Origin: Octopus vulgaris
Lineage: Eukaryota
Reading direction: 5' to 3'
NCBI GenBank assembly: GCA_951406725.2
Contig: OX597820.1
Span: 67,394,001-67,458,000, forward strand
Length of the DNA: 64,000 nt
Below, piece by piece: positions 52,498 to 64,000 of this stretch. The notes under the pieces were generated by a model. It was not told the origin of the DNA and did not search any database. It saw only the letters and a program-made list of their open reading frames with translations. Position numbers and translations under genes: made by a program. Numbering within the stretch: the stretch's first letter is position 1; the number at the start of each line of letters is the position of its first letter.

Positions 52498-52827
52498 GTA
52501 GTTTATATTTATATTTGTATTTATTTATTTATATTCACTTATACATACTGTACTTATTGTATCATATTACTCTTTCATGTACATTGTTTTGTTCTATATT
52601 ATTATGTTTGACCTTAATGTTCATATGTAGTGGTTTAATAAATTATGTGATTGGGTATTATCTGGTAGTTGATCATTGATTAAGATGTGTTTCTCCATTT
52701 TCTTATTTTGTATATATATATATATATATATTAATCCAAACAAGAAAACACAAAAAAACACAACAACGCGAGGACGTGGAACAAATATAGTATTATTGGA
52801 CGCTCAGGAAAGAAGGGAAGAAGGAGG

Positions 52828-52862
52828 GTTTAACGTTTCGAGCGGAGCTCTTCGTCGGAAAC
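52828..52862 (-). ncRNA. Minimal hammerhead-like fold (U4C core variant)
   Basis: Minus strand: GTTT-CCGACGA-A-GAGC-TCC-GCTC-GAAA-CGTT-AAAC. Confidence 0.5.
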
Positions 52863-52900
52863 ATAGGAGAAGGAAAGATCCTGAGAAGGGAAGACAGAGG

Positions 52901-52938
<38 letters not shown>

Positions 52939-53368
52939 CCTGTGCCGGTGGCATGTGTAAAAAGATTTGAGCGAGGTCGTTGCCAGTACTGCTTGACTGC
53001 CCCCCGTGCTGGTGGCATGTAAAAGCACCCACTACACTCTTGGAGTGGTTGGCGTTAGGAAGGGCTTTCAGCTGTAGAAACTCTGCCAGATCAAGATTAG
53101 AACCTGATTCGCCAGCCCTCAGTCAAATCGTCCAACCCATGCTAGCATGGAAAACGGATGTTAAACGATGATATATATATATAATGTACTGATCCGTGAA
53201 GAAAATTCAAGAAAAAAACGTACTTCGTCTGGTGAATGGATCGACTAAGTAGTCTTTGGTTGAAAGAGTGCAGGTCCTGTTCAGATCTAAGATTCCTAAC
53301 TCTCTGTTGAACTTCAGGTCAGAGGTTTTCAGTGTTTGCATACATATGTATAAACATATTTTGAAGAA

Positions 53369-53795
53369 TTGGAAAAATCTGCCTTTTCCTGACTAACGTG
53401 ATACCGTTCCAGTCTTATCATTTGAGGTCTAAGGAGGATAGCTCTTTTACCTTTTTAGCTCTTACTTTATATTTTTGACATTTTAATTTCTGTTTTTCGT
53501 TTTCCGTTGTTTCCTATCTGCATTTTGTATATGCTGCTTTTTAAGTTTATTTCGCGTTTCTGCTATCATTCAATTTTCCAATTCTTGGAAAATTCCGCCT
53601 TTTCCTGACTAACTTGATACCTTTTCAGCCTTATCATTTAAGGTCTAAGGAGAATAGCTCTTTTGCCTTTTTAGCGCTTACTTTTTATTTTTGACATTTT
53701 AATTTCTGTTTTTCGTTTTCCGTTGTTTCCTATCTGCATTCTGTATATGCTGCCTTTTCAGTTTATTTTGCGTTTCTGCTATGATTCAATTTTTT
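53369..53795. repeat. Direct tandem duplication, ~216-bp unit x2
   Basis: TTGGAAAA..GCCTTTTCCTGACTAAC..TTCAATTTT occurs at 53369 and 53585. Confidence 0.85.
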
Positions 53796-53969
53796 AGTTC
53801 GTAATAATGTGTAGTTTGCGACCGAAGAAAATGTTTGATTTCTCTCAACATATGAAACTATTAATAGCATGTAATATGACCTTAAATAAATAAATAATAT
53901 ATATATACACATATATTGTGTAAGTATGAGAGAGTGTGAGAGTTATGGGGGTATTATTCATTCCTTATG

Positions 53970-53994
53970 TCACTTCCCTTTCCATTCTTCCGGT
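53970..53994 (+). promoter_or_regulatory. Tandem ETS-like motif, putative promoter of ZNF paralog 3
   Basis: TCACTTCC-N9-CTTCCGGT. Confidence 0.55.
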
Positions 53995-55051
53995 CGTTAC
54001 CTCCTGACATATTTTAAGTAAATAGGTAAACGTCTTTTTGATTCTTAAACGGAATGTGCGAAGATTTATTTCTTACCATTGTTAGCCAAAATCTACTGTT
54101 TGTCTGTCAGGGAGTCAGCCTAACTAACTGGTAGATCAATTCTACAACACATTACATATTTATTCCAACCGAAACCAAGCATAATATTTTTGGTAAAAGA
54201 TGATTTCTCCGTCGAAGAAACAGTGAATTTATTTTTTTCTTCGAAGCTGATGATTTATTCCGCCGCTCGCTATAAAAAAACAAAAACAACTTATTGTTTA
54301 TTTTGCAGTTCAGACATAAGCATTAATATATGCATAGACTTGTGTAAAATGTCTTGGACAAATGATAAATATATTAACGTTGTTTCCTTCATGATTCTGT
54401 CGTTGGAAACATACAAAGAATAGGAAGTTGTGTTTGAGACTGACCGATCATCTTATATATTCACATTTGGACTACATTAATATGTGAGTATAAAATCTAT
54501 TGAATTAACATTTTTATATCTTGCACTAAATTTCGATACCATCGTAACCTATAACCACATGAAAGGTATTTGTAGAAAATTATGAAAGTTATGAGGAAAC
54601 AAAGTCGGGGGTGGGGGAGCTCTCTTGTGTAGGTATGCTTTATATTGTTATTAATTCTGTATATTAAGTGAAAATACAGCTGTATTAATGTAACACACAT
54701 CATTAATTGATCATTAATTATGTGTATTTTGAAATGCAGAATGGTGTCATTTGGTTGCTATTTTTAGAATCTCTGTTGCCTTGGCTGACACCTTTGTGTT
54801 ATAATTTTAAGAATAAGTGAAATGAACTCCAAAGACTTCTATCTCAGTTTTTTTCTTTCACTGTATATAGATACCCGGGGTGGCCCAGGTGTTTGAGTGT
54901 TGTAAGACGAACAAAATTTACACGTTTTGATAAATATTAAAAAAAAAAAAAAATTCATAGGCAGCCTTCGATTTTGTTTCTAACCAAAACGATTTTCAGC
55001 CCAATATTCAAATACTAGCTTTATCTGCGCCGGGATCTGCATTTAAAAAAG

Positions 55052-55674
55052 AATGGTCCAGATGGAATATATGTAAACGGAACTCATCCTCTCGGGGTCG
55101 ATAAATAAAGTACCAGTTTCGCACTGGGTCGATGTAATCGATTCAATCCCTTTGTCTGTCCTTGTTTGTCCCCTCTATGTTTAGCCCCTTGTGGGTAGTA
55201 AAGAAATATATATGTAAACGGAACCCTTCCCTCTCTTGAACTTTTTTTTTTTTTTTTTTACGGAATCCCATGTTTTAGGCTATTAAGATTCCGATTCTGA
55301 AAAAAAAAATTGGCATTCTTTCGATACAACTCGACAAAATCAAAACATTTCACTTCGGGTATTTCCGTGGATGCTAATGACAGTTTGATTCTGTTTTCTG
55401 CTTGGAAATTTGCGAATTTTACATACACACATGAAACGGTTAAGAACAAATATGCAAGGCTTTTTTTTTTCCTTCAAGTTTAAAACGAGATATTGCTGGA
55501 ATAATTTCGTTATATATCTATATACTCCACAACCCACAGAAATACCCGAAGTGAAATGTTTTCATTTTATCGAGTTATATCGAAAGAATGCCAAAATATT
55601 TTCAAAATTTCAATTCCGTAAAAAAAAATTAAGTGGGGAATGGTTCCGTTTTCGTATCCTCCATCTGGACCATT
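55052..55674. mobile_element. Long-TIR foldback MITE with an inserted 5'-truncated SINE B (55084-55207)
   Basis: AATGGTCCAGATGG.. / ..CCATCTGGACCATT, with inner arms 55258-55370 / 55534-55625. SINE TSD ATATATGTAAACGGAAC (17 bp). Confidence 0.8.
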
Positions 55675-56399
55675 AAGTGTATTTACTTTGGTAATTGCTG
55701 GAATATCTAAAGTAAAGTATGTAGATTTGCATTCCAGTAACTCAAAAATTAGACAGAAGCAAAACAGATCTTTTTAATATTATCCATTTGTCGACATAAT
55801 TAAAGTTACAGTGCCCCACGACTTGTCCTATGAGAAAAGGTGGAGGCTGGCGGCAAACTCTCTTTGTAAATATCTCATCGAAAAAGGAGGGAAATGTATT
55901 TAAAGAAGTCAAGTAATAAAATTACAGATATTTAATCAGATATCAACCTACAAAAGTATAGTTTAATAGTAATAATAATTTTTATGATAGACACTGTTAT
56001 CAAAGCTTCTATTAACTGCTGCTGGAAAAAAAGTCTTGTGGGTCGTCTCCATCTTAGTTTAGAGTCGTTGAATGTTCCGCCCTGTAATATTGTAGTCAAG
56101 ACTTGGAATTAAGAGGAAATTCCAGACTTTATGGTCTGGAATATAATTTCCAAAACAAATAGTCGACGGACGGATTCATTTTGTTTGTTTGCGCTTAATA
56201 ATCAATAAAATTTAGTGCAGTTTGTTACGTATTATACTACTGGGAGGGTTCGATTAATTTAGGAAGCTAAATGATAAGCTTGTCACGGTGTTCTGATTTT
56301 GCACCTGTCCATGGCTCATATTTTTAGTGTAGGAGTATAAACCAAGATAAATTGGACTGTCAAATGTTTGTTTTGAAAAAGAATTTTCTATTCTAGACC

Positions 56400-57100
56400 A
56401 CGAATCACGGGCGACTTCTCAAGCTTACAAAGCACAGTGATTCACAGTAGTTGCATTATTGTCTTCATAATTCAGATATGTTGCACAATTGATTTCGTCA
56501 TATTCAGGATATTTCTTGAAGTTGCTTCCACAATTTGTTTGTAGATTGAGTTCCATTTTTTTCCTCAGCAGATAATTCTATAACCAGAAGTCTTAGATTT
56601 TAGCAGCTAACATCGACCATTATCAACCATGACTGGTTTATAAGAAATGTGGAACAGGTCTTCAGTTTTTGCTTGTCTTCAAATCTATGAATTCGTTATG
56701 TCATCCTTGTAATTTATTTATGGTATTATTTCAGTTTTCAGGTATTTTATTCCACTATTAGTGTACATATTTATTCCACTATTGAAACTGGAAAAGTAAC
56801 AGAAGTTCCTTGACAGTATATCTCTCTCTGAAAAGCTTTTATTTTATTCTGTAAACTGAAAATTGTCTGAATGTGATCAGAAACAATCTTGTCTTTCCTC
56901 TGGAGTGCCAAGTTGAGAATTCATAGATGTTTCATTATAACAATAGGCTTCATTAGATCTTGCATCCATTCTTCATTTTACAGCTGAAGATGAGATGCAT
57001 TCTTTTAAGAAAATTAATAATCACCAGCAGATCCACCAGTAATAGCTGATAATTCCAATGATTAATTGCAATTAACTAAAATTGGAAAATTTTAAAATGC
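56400..57100 (-). mobile_element. hAT (Charlie/SPIN-like) transposase relic
   Basis: Minus strand ..ILNLALQRKDKIVSDHIQTIFSLQNKIKAF..EFIDLKTS resembles the hAT LNxxLQG..IxAF and ELIDL motifs. Highly degraded. Confidence 0.4.
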
Positions 57101-57177
57101 AGAGTTTGAAGACAATTTCTTTCCAAGCAGTTTAGTTCAGGCCTATAAAAAGTAATACAAATCAGGACATTGTTTAA

Positions 57178-57598
57178 CCCCTTACCCGATAAAGATGAAT
57201 TAACTTGTCTTCACTCAATTTCAGAGTATGATGAGTAAACTCATTCAAAACATATAATTTCAAAAATGGCCACAGACAAGTTTATACGTCAATTCTTGGC
57301 ATTTCTTGGTTTTTATTTATTTATTTATTAATTTTTTTTTTTTACAAATTACACCCTGATGTCAAGCTCAGAAGTTGACATTGAGTATGAACCATCTATT
57401 AGAAGCTTGGATACATCAGATGAGAGGAGAGTGCAAAATGGTGTCTTCAAAATAGAATTTCAAGTAAAATATTTGAAATAGATACAAACAAAAGTTATTT
57501 CCATAATTAGCATTAAAAATACTATAAAAAAAAAAGCCAAAAAAAAAATTCGTCTGAAAATTAAACTTTTTCTCCCAAAAATGTCATCAGGGAAGGGG
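57178..57598. mobile_element. piggyBac-type MITE
   Basis: TTAA TSD at 57174-57177 and 57599-57602. TIRs CCCCTTACCCGAT / ATCAGGGAAGGGG. Confidence 0.75.
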
Positions 57599-58414
57599 TT
57601 AATCAATTTTTCTATCTGATCATGACTGAAATATTTATACAAGTTATTTTTGTAATTTTTTTTCTTAGTTAGTTGTCTTTATTTCATCAATTAATGTCAC
57701 TTTAGGTTTGATCCATCATAAAATTCCATGGCATCCCTGAAAACAACAAAGTCAAAAGAACTGTTATGTGGTTGTTTGATTTGTTAGAATTAGCAACCAA
57801 ATTCCCTTCAAATCACATCTGACTGTTTAAAAAAAAAAGGGCACATAAGCTAACAATATGGCCCTAGATGCACCTGGCTAAATAAAAAAAAATGCAATGG
57901 GCACAACTGGAATGCTTTTGATTATTGGTTTATTGCAGAAGGATTTACCTGAAGTTAAACAATGCCTGAATATCTCTTGAGAGTTTCATTGATGTAGACA
58001 TGACTGTGGTTAAGCTTGCTTTGCAAGCATGTAGCTTTGGGTTCAATTCTACTGTGTGCCACCTTGGGCAAGTATCTTCTACTATGGCTTTGAGTTGATC
58101 AATACCTTGTGAATGAATTTGGTAGTCGGAGACTGTGGAAGCCCATTGTGTATGCATGTTGGTGTCTCTTCCACTGTTTAACAAACGGTATTGGTTTGTT
58201 TACTTCCCTGAAACTTTAATGGCTTGCCAGAAAGGACCAACAGAGTATCAGTTTTAAAAAATAAATACTGGGGTTGATTTAACTAAACCTGTCAAAGCAG
58301 TGCCCCAGCATGGTCCCTGTTCAATGAATGGATCAAGTAAAAGACGTTCCATCATTCTTTAGTTTAATTCATATTTTTGTTTACAATCTAATTGAATACC
58401 TCTTGTTCGAAAAT

Positions 58415-58635
58415 ATTTTATTTCCTTATTGCCCACAAGGGGCTAAACATAGAGGGGACAGACAAAGGGATTAAGTTCATTACATTGACCCCAGTGTGTA
58501 ACTGGTACTTATTTAATTGACCCTGAAACGATGAAAGGCAAAGTCGACCTCGGTGGAATTTGAACTCAGAATGTAACGGCAGAAAAAATACTGTTAAGCA
58601 TTTCACCTGGCATGCAAGCGATTCTGCCAGCTCGT
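58415..58635 (-). mobile_element. SINE family B
   Basis: Reverse complement of 25536-25766. Confidence 0.85.
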
Positions 58636-59211
58636 TAAAACTTGATTGGTTAAAAAGTAAAGCTTAGGTTTGCAGAAACATAGCAAACTTTTCGTGTTGA
58701 ATCTCTATTTTTTACGTATCTTCACTGCCTTACACTGTTTCTTTCTTATTTCAGATTATCAGATGGCATTGGCATAAATTTTCTTCGGATACATCAACAA
58801 TATTTATCATCTTTTAAAGATACATCAACTCTGTTTATATGATTCTATGGATGAATTACTGTGAAATATTTCCCTCTGAACTGCAACTTTTCAGCATTCA
58901 GAATATGTACCAGATAATTTGGCATTCCAATTAAACACAAACAAATTTGGCATGAAGATATAACTAGCTCTCTGCAAGAATTTCCGTATGTGGATAAAGA
59001 GTTTTACTTGTTTCCTATTATTACAAGACTGGGTTCATCTTGAAATAATTATGTCAGAAATCACTGTATCCTGAAAACTTATCTTCTAAGTGACTGTTTG
59101 CACCACCTTCAGATATTGAGGAAGATCTTGAAGAATTATTTATGAAACAAATATAAAAACTAACATGTTAAAAATTATCTATACTTCAGTGAAAGAAGAA
59201 AATTATAGAAA

Positions 59212-60312
59212 ATGAATTATGTGAGCACCAAGCTAAATATAAAACCATCTAAAAGGATTGATTTTCCTGATGAGATACTTAAAGAAATAGGAAAAACATC
59301 ATATTACTGTGATATCTGTAAAAAGTCATTCTCAAAGAAGAGTAACTTAACTAGACACAAACGTATTCATACAGGAGAAAAACCATATCACTGTGATATC
59401 TGTGATAAATCATTCTCTCAAAGTAATGTCTTAAAAATTCACCAGCGTATTCATACAGGAGAAAGGCCGTATCAGTGTGATATCTGTGGTAAATCATTCT
59501 CTAGAGATAGTAATTTAGCTACTCACAAGCGTATTCATACAGGAGAGAGATTGTATCACTGCGGAAAATCATTCCCTTTAACATATCCCTTTACTTTTCA
59601 CAGACGTACTTATACAGGAGAGAAGCCATATCTCTGTGATATCTGTGGTAAATCATTTTCTCAAAGTGGTGCTTTAACTGCTCACAAACATATCCACACA
59701 GGAGAGAGACCATATCAGTGTGATATCTGTGGTAAATCATTCTCCAGAGATAACCATTTAAATACTCACAAACGCGTTCATACAGGAGAGAAACCATTTC
59801 ACTGTGAGATCTGTGGTAGATCATTCTCACAAGCAAACCACTTAACTACTCACATTCGTATTCATACAGGAGAAAAACCATATCAGTGTGATATCTGTGA
59901 TAAATCATTCTCTGTTGCTTGTAGCTTAACTAAGCATAGGCGCATTCATACAGGTGAGAGGCCATATCAGTGTGATATCTGTGGTAAATCATTCTCTATA
60001 AATAGTCACTTAACCACTCACAAACGCATTCATACAGGAGAGAAGCCATATCACTGTGATATTTGTGGTAAATCATTCTCTGGAAGTAGTGTATCAACAG
60101 CTCATAAACACCTTCATACAGGAGAGAAGCCACATCGTTGTGATATTTGTGGTAAATCATTCTCTGTGACAAGTAATTTAACTAAACACAAACGTATTCA
60201 TACAGGAGAGAAACCATTTCTCTGTGATATCTGTGGTAAATCATTCTCTGAAAACGGTAGCTTAACTCGACATGAGCGCATTCATATAAGAGAGAAGCCC
60301 TATTTGTGGTAA
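59212..60312 (+). CDS. C2H2 zinc-finger protein, paralog 3 (11 intact and 1 degenerate finger)
   Basis: 366-aa ORF. Candidate acceptor ends at 58754 and candidate donor GTGAGT is at 54484. The N-terminus is read in a shifted frame relative to the paralogs. Confidence 0.88.
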   Translation: MNYVSTKLNIKPSKRIDFPDEILKEIGKTSYYCDICKKSFSKKSNLTRHKRIHTGEKPYHCDICDKSFSQSNVLKIHQRIHTGERPYQCDICGKSFSRDSNLATHKRIHTGERLYHCGKSFPLTYPFTFHRRTYTGEKPYLCDICGKSFSQSGALTAHKHIHTGERPYQCDICGKSFSRDNHLNTHKRVHTGEKPFHCEICGRSFSQANHLTTHIRIHTGEKPYQCDICDKSFSVACSLTKHRRIHTGERPYQCDICGKSFSINSHLTTHKRIHTGEKPYHCDICGKSFSGSSVSTAHKHLHTGEKPHRCDICGKSFSVTSNLTKHKRIHTGEKPFLCDICGKSFSENGSLTRHERIHIREKPYLW

Positions 60313-61161
60313 ATCATTCTCGAAAACGTAACCAAATTAACACCAGCATAGCCAAACCAAACAGGAGAAAAGCCATATCAGTGCCAATTCATGTGCTAAA
60401 TTTTTCTCACAAAATATGGCTGTCATGTGAAAAAGACACTGTACCAGTTTGATGTACATCCTGTACTAAATCCAGAAGACAATTCGATTGGCAAAGATTC
60501 AATTACGAACCAGCTTTAATCATGAGTTCTCAAATACTCTTTTGTCATTGCTATAATGCCCTCAACTCCTCCAAATTTACAAGCTCCATACCCAAGTACA
60601 CTTATTTCTCATCCTATTGCTTTCTTTACTTGGGTGAACACTAAGCTCACTCCTTACTCTGCAGATTAGAATTCCCTAGCCTGTAGAATGCCCTCTCTGC
60701 CCATGTTTATCCCTACAGAGGTCCTTGCTGAACATCAACCACATCAACCTCATCAGTCTAGGAGAACCTGCAATTATCATGGCCCCCTCCTCCTCTTCCA
60801 TTCTCTGACTGTAACATAATGCTGTTAATCAGAACTGAAATAAATTTAAACATTACAATCCTCACTGGGTAAAATATATTATTTTTGTGCTATAGATGTG
60901 CAGAAAAAGGAAGGAGGCAGTCTCCTGATGGACTATTTCATGGTTTGTCGATTGCTCCTCAGAGAAGACATACCAAGCTTCCTTCCCCAATCAATGTATT
61001 CTCATAAATATAATGTTGACACTATTGGACAGGTATTTCATAAACAAATGAGTCTGTTTCATTCACACTCTGAATGCAAATGTTGATGTTAATGAAAAAT
61101 AAAACAACTAAAACATGATTGAAGAGAAATTTTTATCTGTTCAAAGTTAATTAATATAAAT

Positions 61162-61400
61162 CATAGTTTCTCAAAGTGGGTGCTGGTGGTGGTGGGGGAT
61201 GGTAGAGAAAAAGGAAGCATTGGAAGGAAGGCAATGGATTGGGGGACACTGAATTTATAATATTATAGTATTGTATACAAATTATATAATATTGTATTAA
61301 ATATAAAATATTTATTTATACATAAAAATAGGGGTGTGGGTGCTGAGGGTATTATGTGGCCATGATGGGGGTGGTGGTCCAAAAAGTTTAAGAACATTTG
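61162..61400. mobile_element. Degenerate hAT-like MITE
   Basis: CATAGTTTCTCAAA / TTTAAGAACATTTG. Imperfect 8-bp TSD ATATAAAT/ATGTAAGT. Confidence 0.45.
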
Positions 61401-61624
61401 ATGTAAGTTAATGTCACTGGTGTTAAGCCATGATACTACTACTGCTAAAATTTGAAGAAGTGCAGCAGTTATATTTTGTATGTGTATATACACACATATA
61501 TCCATATTTGAATTAAATGTGTGGATGATAAAAAAATAGTTTAGTATTTTATTTTTTGTCACTTGATAGCTTTTGTCATTTTCATTATATGTGCAGCATC
61601 CTAGCTAGTTCTAGAAGGAGATAC

Positions 61625-61995
61625 ATATTACATTATTTACATTTGATGGATATTTGTCCTCATCTTGTTTGTTGTTAACACAACGTTTCGGCTGATATAC
61701 CTTCCAGCCTTCTTCAGGTGTCTTGGGGAAATTTCGAACCTGGGTTCTCATTCCTAAGATATTTTTCGATATTATTATTATTATTGTTCAGGTCACTGCT
61801 TGGAATTGAACTTGAAAATCTTGGGGTTAGTAGCCTGTGCTCTTAACCACTACGCCATATATTCATGGGCATATGGCGAATCGTTGTGTTAACATATCAG
61901 CCGAAATGTTATGTTAACAACAAACAAGATGAGGACAAATATCCGTCGAATGTAAATAATGTACATAATTTCTCATTTCTTAAATATAGAACTGA
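61625..61995 (-). mobile_element. SINE family E: tRNA head, hammerhead tail and inverted tail copy
   Basis: Head TGGCGTAGTGGTTAAGAGC..AGTTCAATTCC at 61785-61862. Hammerhead fold at 61677-61722. Inverted partial tail at 61895-61993. Confidence 0.8.
61677..61722 (-). ncRNA. Minimal type I hammerhead ribozyme
   Basis: Minus strand: GACAC-CTGAAGA-A-GGCTG-(10 nt)-CAGCC-GAAA-CGTT-GTGTT. Confidence 0.7.
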
Positions 61996-62392
61996 GGTAC
62001 ATACTCTCTTCATTACCATTTAATGTATATTTTCCATGCTGACATGGGTTGGATAGTTTGACAGGAGCTGGTGACCCAGAGGACTTAGCCAAGTTCTAAG
62101 GTTTACTTTGGCATAGTTTCTATGACTGGTTGACCTTCCTCATGCCAACCACCTTACAGAGTGTACTGGGTGCTTTTTATGTGGCACGAACACCAGGGAA
62201 GTGGAAATAGGTCAATTAGACTTATATAACTCATGGACAAAGAGATATATTGACTGCCTTTATGAAAGTCTGTTGCAAAATTTAAACTGAAAGGGTGAAT
62301 GGCTGAGTGGATTAGAAGGTCTTAACCCTTTAATGGATTATCCCGAGTTTATTCGTGCATTGCAAATGTATCTTTTTAGAACCAGATGAGTA

Positions 62393-62752
62393 TCATCATC
62401 ATCATTTAGCGTCCGTTTTCCATGCTAGCATGGGTTGGACGGTTCAACTGGGGTCTGTGAAGCCGGAAGGCTGCATCAGGCCCAGTCAGATCTGGCAGTG
62501 TTTCTACGGCTGGATGCCCTTCCTAACGCCAACCACTCCGTGAGTGTAGTGGGTGCTTTTTACGTGCCACCCGCACAGGTGCCAGACGGAGCTGGCAAAC
62601 GGCCACGAACGGATGGTGCTTTTACGTGCCACCGGCATGGGAGCCAGGCGAGGCTGGCAACGGACACGAACGGATGGTGCTTTTACGTGCCACCGGCACG
62701 GGGGCCAGGCGAGGCTGGCAACGGACGCGAGCGGATGGTGCTTTTACGTGCC
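62393..62752 (-). mobile_element. RTE-clade LINE 3' end with tandem subrepeats
   Basis: Nearly identical to 5576-5880. Confidence 0.8.
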
Positions 62753-63499
62753 AAAATTAACTTTTAATTTTAGCACTCAAATGAATTTATTTGTTTTGTG
62801 TCATTTCATTTTTGAGCAATCACGAATTTACTCGCATTGTTGTACACTTGGCAGCACATATTCTGGTGCAATTTCAAAGAGTTTATGCTTCTGAGTTTTG
62901 AACTTTTACTTCAGTGCATACTCAGATTCAGGAGGAAGTTGATGTCATTTTAGAACCGTCTCGTTTTGATTCTCTTTTATTTATTCAAATAAGAGAATTA
63001 TTTATGCACGAAACCAGGGAGACCATCATCGATCCCACATGCCCAAGTTGGTTACTTTCCCATGGAAATACCACCAATTGATAAGAAAAAGAACCCTACA
63101 AGATAGTGTGCAAAATGCGCAGAGAAGAGAGACGCTAAAGGAAAGAATATACATGTGTGATGTCTGCAAGATAACTGTGTAACTCCTTGTTTTAAAAATT
63201 ATCTTTCTAAATAAACTGTCTATCTCATTTTTTAAAAAGTTTCCTTTGATTTGGAAGCAATACATCTTATAAAATGTCCGAGTTAGCTCGTTTAAATCCA
63301 AATGAGTAAATCTCTCTCTATATAAATGGCAAAATGTCTGTGTGTGTGTGTATCCTTTATACAAATCCACAATTTTTCAGTTCGAGGGCTCGCACTTTCT
63401 ATGGTCATTCAAAACCGTCCAAGGGTAGTCGTGCACATCTTTACATTTCCCCAGTCACCCAGCAAAGCCATTAAAAAAAATCAATAGAAGTGGTATTTA

Positions 63500-63912
63500 A
63501 AGTGATGGCAACTTTATGCCTCCATTCATCTTCCCACACAGCCTCAGACTCAGCATGAAGGCCTAGATCAAGTGTCTGGTGGGGTGGCTGCTGGAAGACT
63601 ATGTCTAGCAAGACTCTGCACCATGCCACATAAGCAGGAGAACCCAGTCTTGGTTGTCAGACAATTTCTGCGACCACATCACCCCTAACAGCTGGCCACC
63701 TAACTCCCCAGATTGCAACACCCTTGATTACTATGTGTGGAGCACAGTTGAGTGAGAGGCCAACAAAACTCCTTGTAACACCAAAGATGAACTGAAGGCA
63801 AGGATTATGGCAGCATTTACCAACTTAAACACAGAGACTATCCAGAAGTATTGCAGGAGACTCCAAAGTCATCTTGAGATCATAGTTAAAGCCAATGGTG
63901 ATTTCATTAAAT
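63500..63912 (+). mobile_element. Tc1/mariner-superfamily transposase relic (catalytic C-terminus)
   Basis: QDSAPCH, WPPNSPDCNTLDYYVWS, CRRLQSHLEIIVKANGDFIK*. Confidence 0.8.
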
Positions 63913-64000
63913 AAATTTACTCTTTAGTATTTCAAGATATTTTAATGCAATTTTGGTAAATATATCTCTTAAGATTAGATTGCAGAGTTATTTTCATTTT

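Overview
This is AT-rich, repeat-dense eukaryotic DNA. The '[10 protein letters not shown]' C2H2 arrays and the SINE/RTE repertoire suggest a coleoid cephalopod, probably Octopus (inference). Host genes are one BAP31/BAP29-family ER membrane protein with an uninterrupted ORF (20628-21377) and three tandem, co-oriented C2H2 zinc-finger paralogs (34177, 45887, 59212). The paralogs share a double-ETS promoter-like motif, candidate non-coding exons and a long 5'UTR. Most of the remainder is transposon-derived: a full-length Tx1-clade LINE with a 17-bp TSD, RTE/CR1/CRE/Penelope relics, several tRNA-derived SINE families, hAT/piggyBac/Tc1-mariner elements and Helitron-like ends, often nested. The most notable observations are (1) several minimal hammerhead-ribozyme folds in different repeat families, including one in the tail of a tRNA-headed SINE and one with a G3:C8 covariant core; (2) a SINE that shares its 3' tail and TSD length with the Tx1 LINE; and (3) a ZNF paralog whose lost start codon and 2-nt deletion are compensated by an out-of-frame ATG. 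All calls were made by eye without database searches, and repeat boundaries are approximate unless a TSD or TIR is given.
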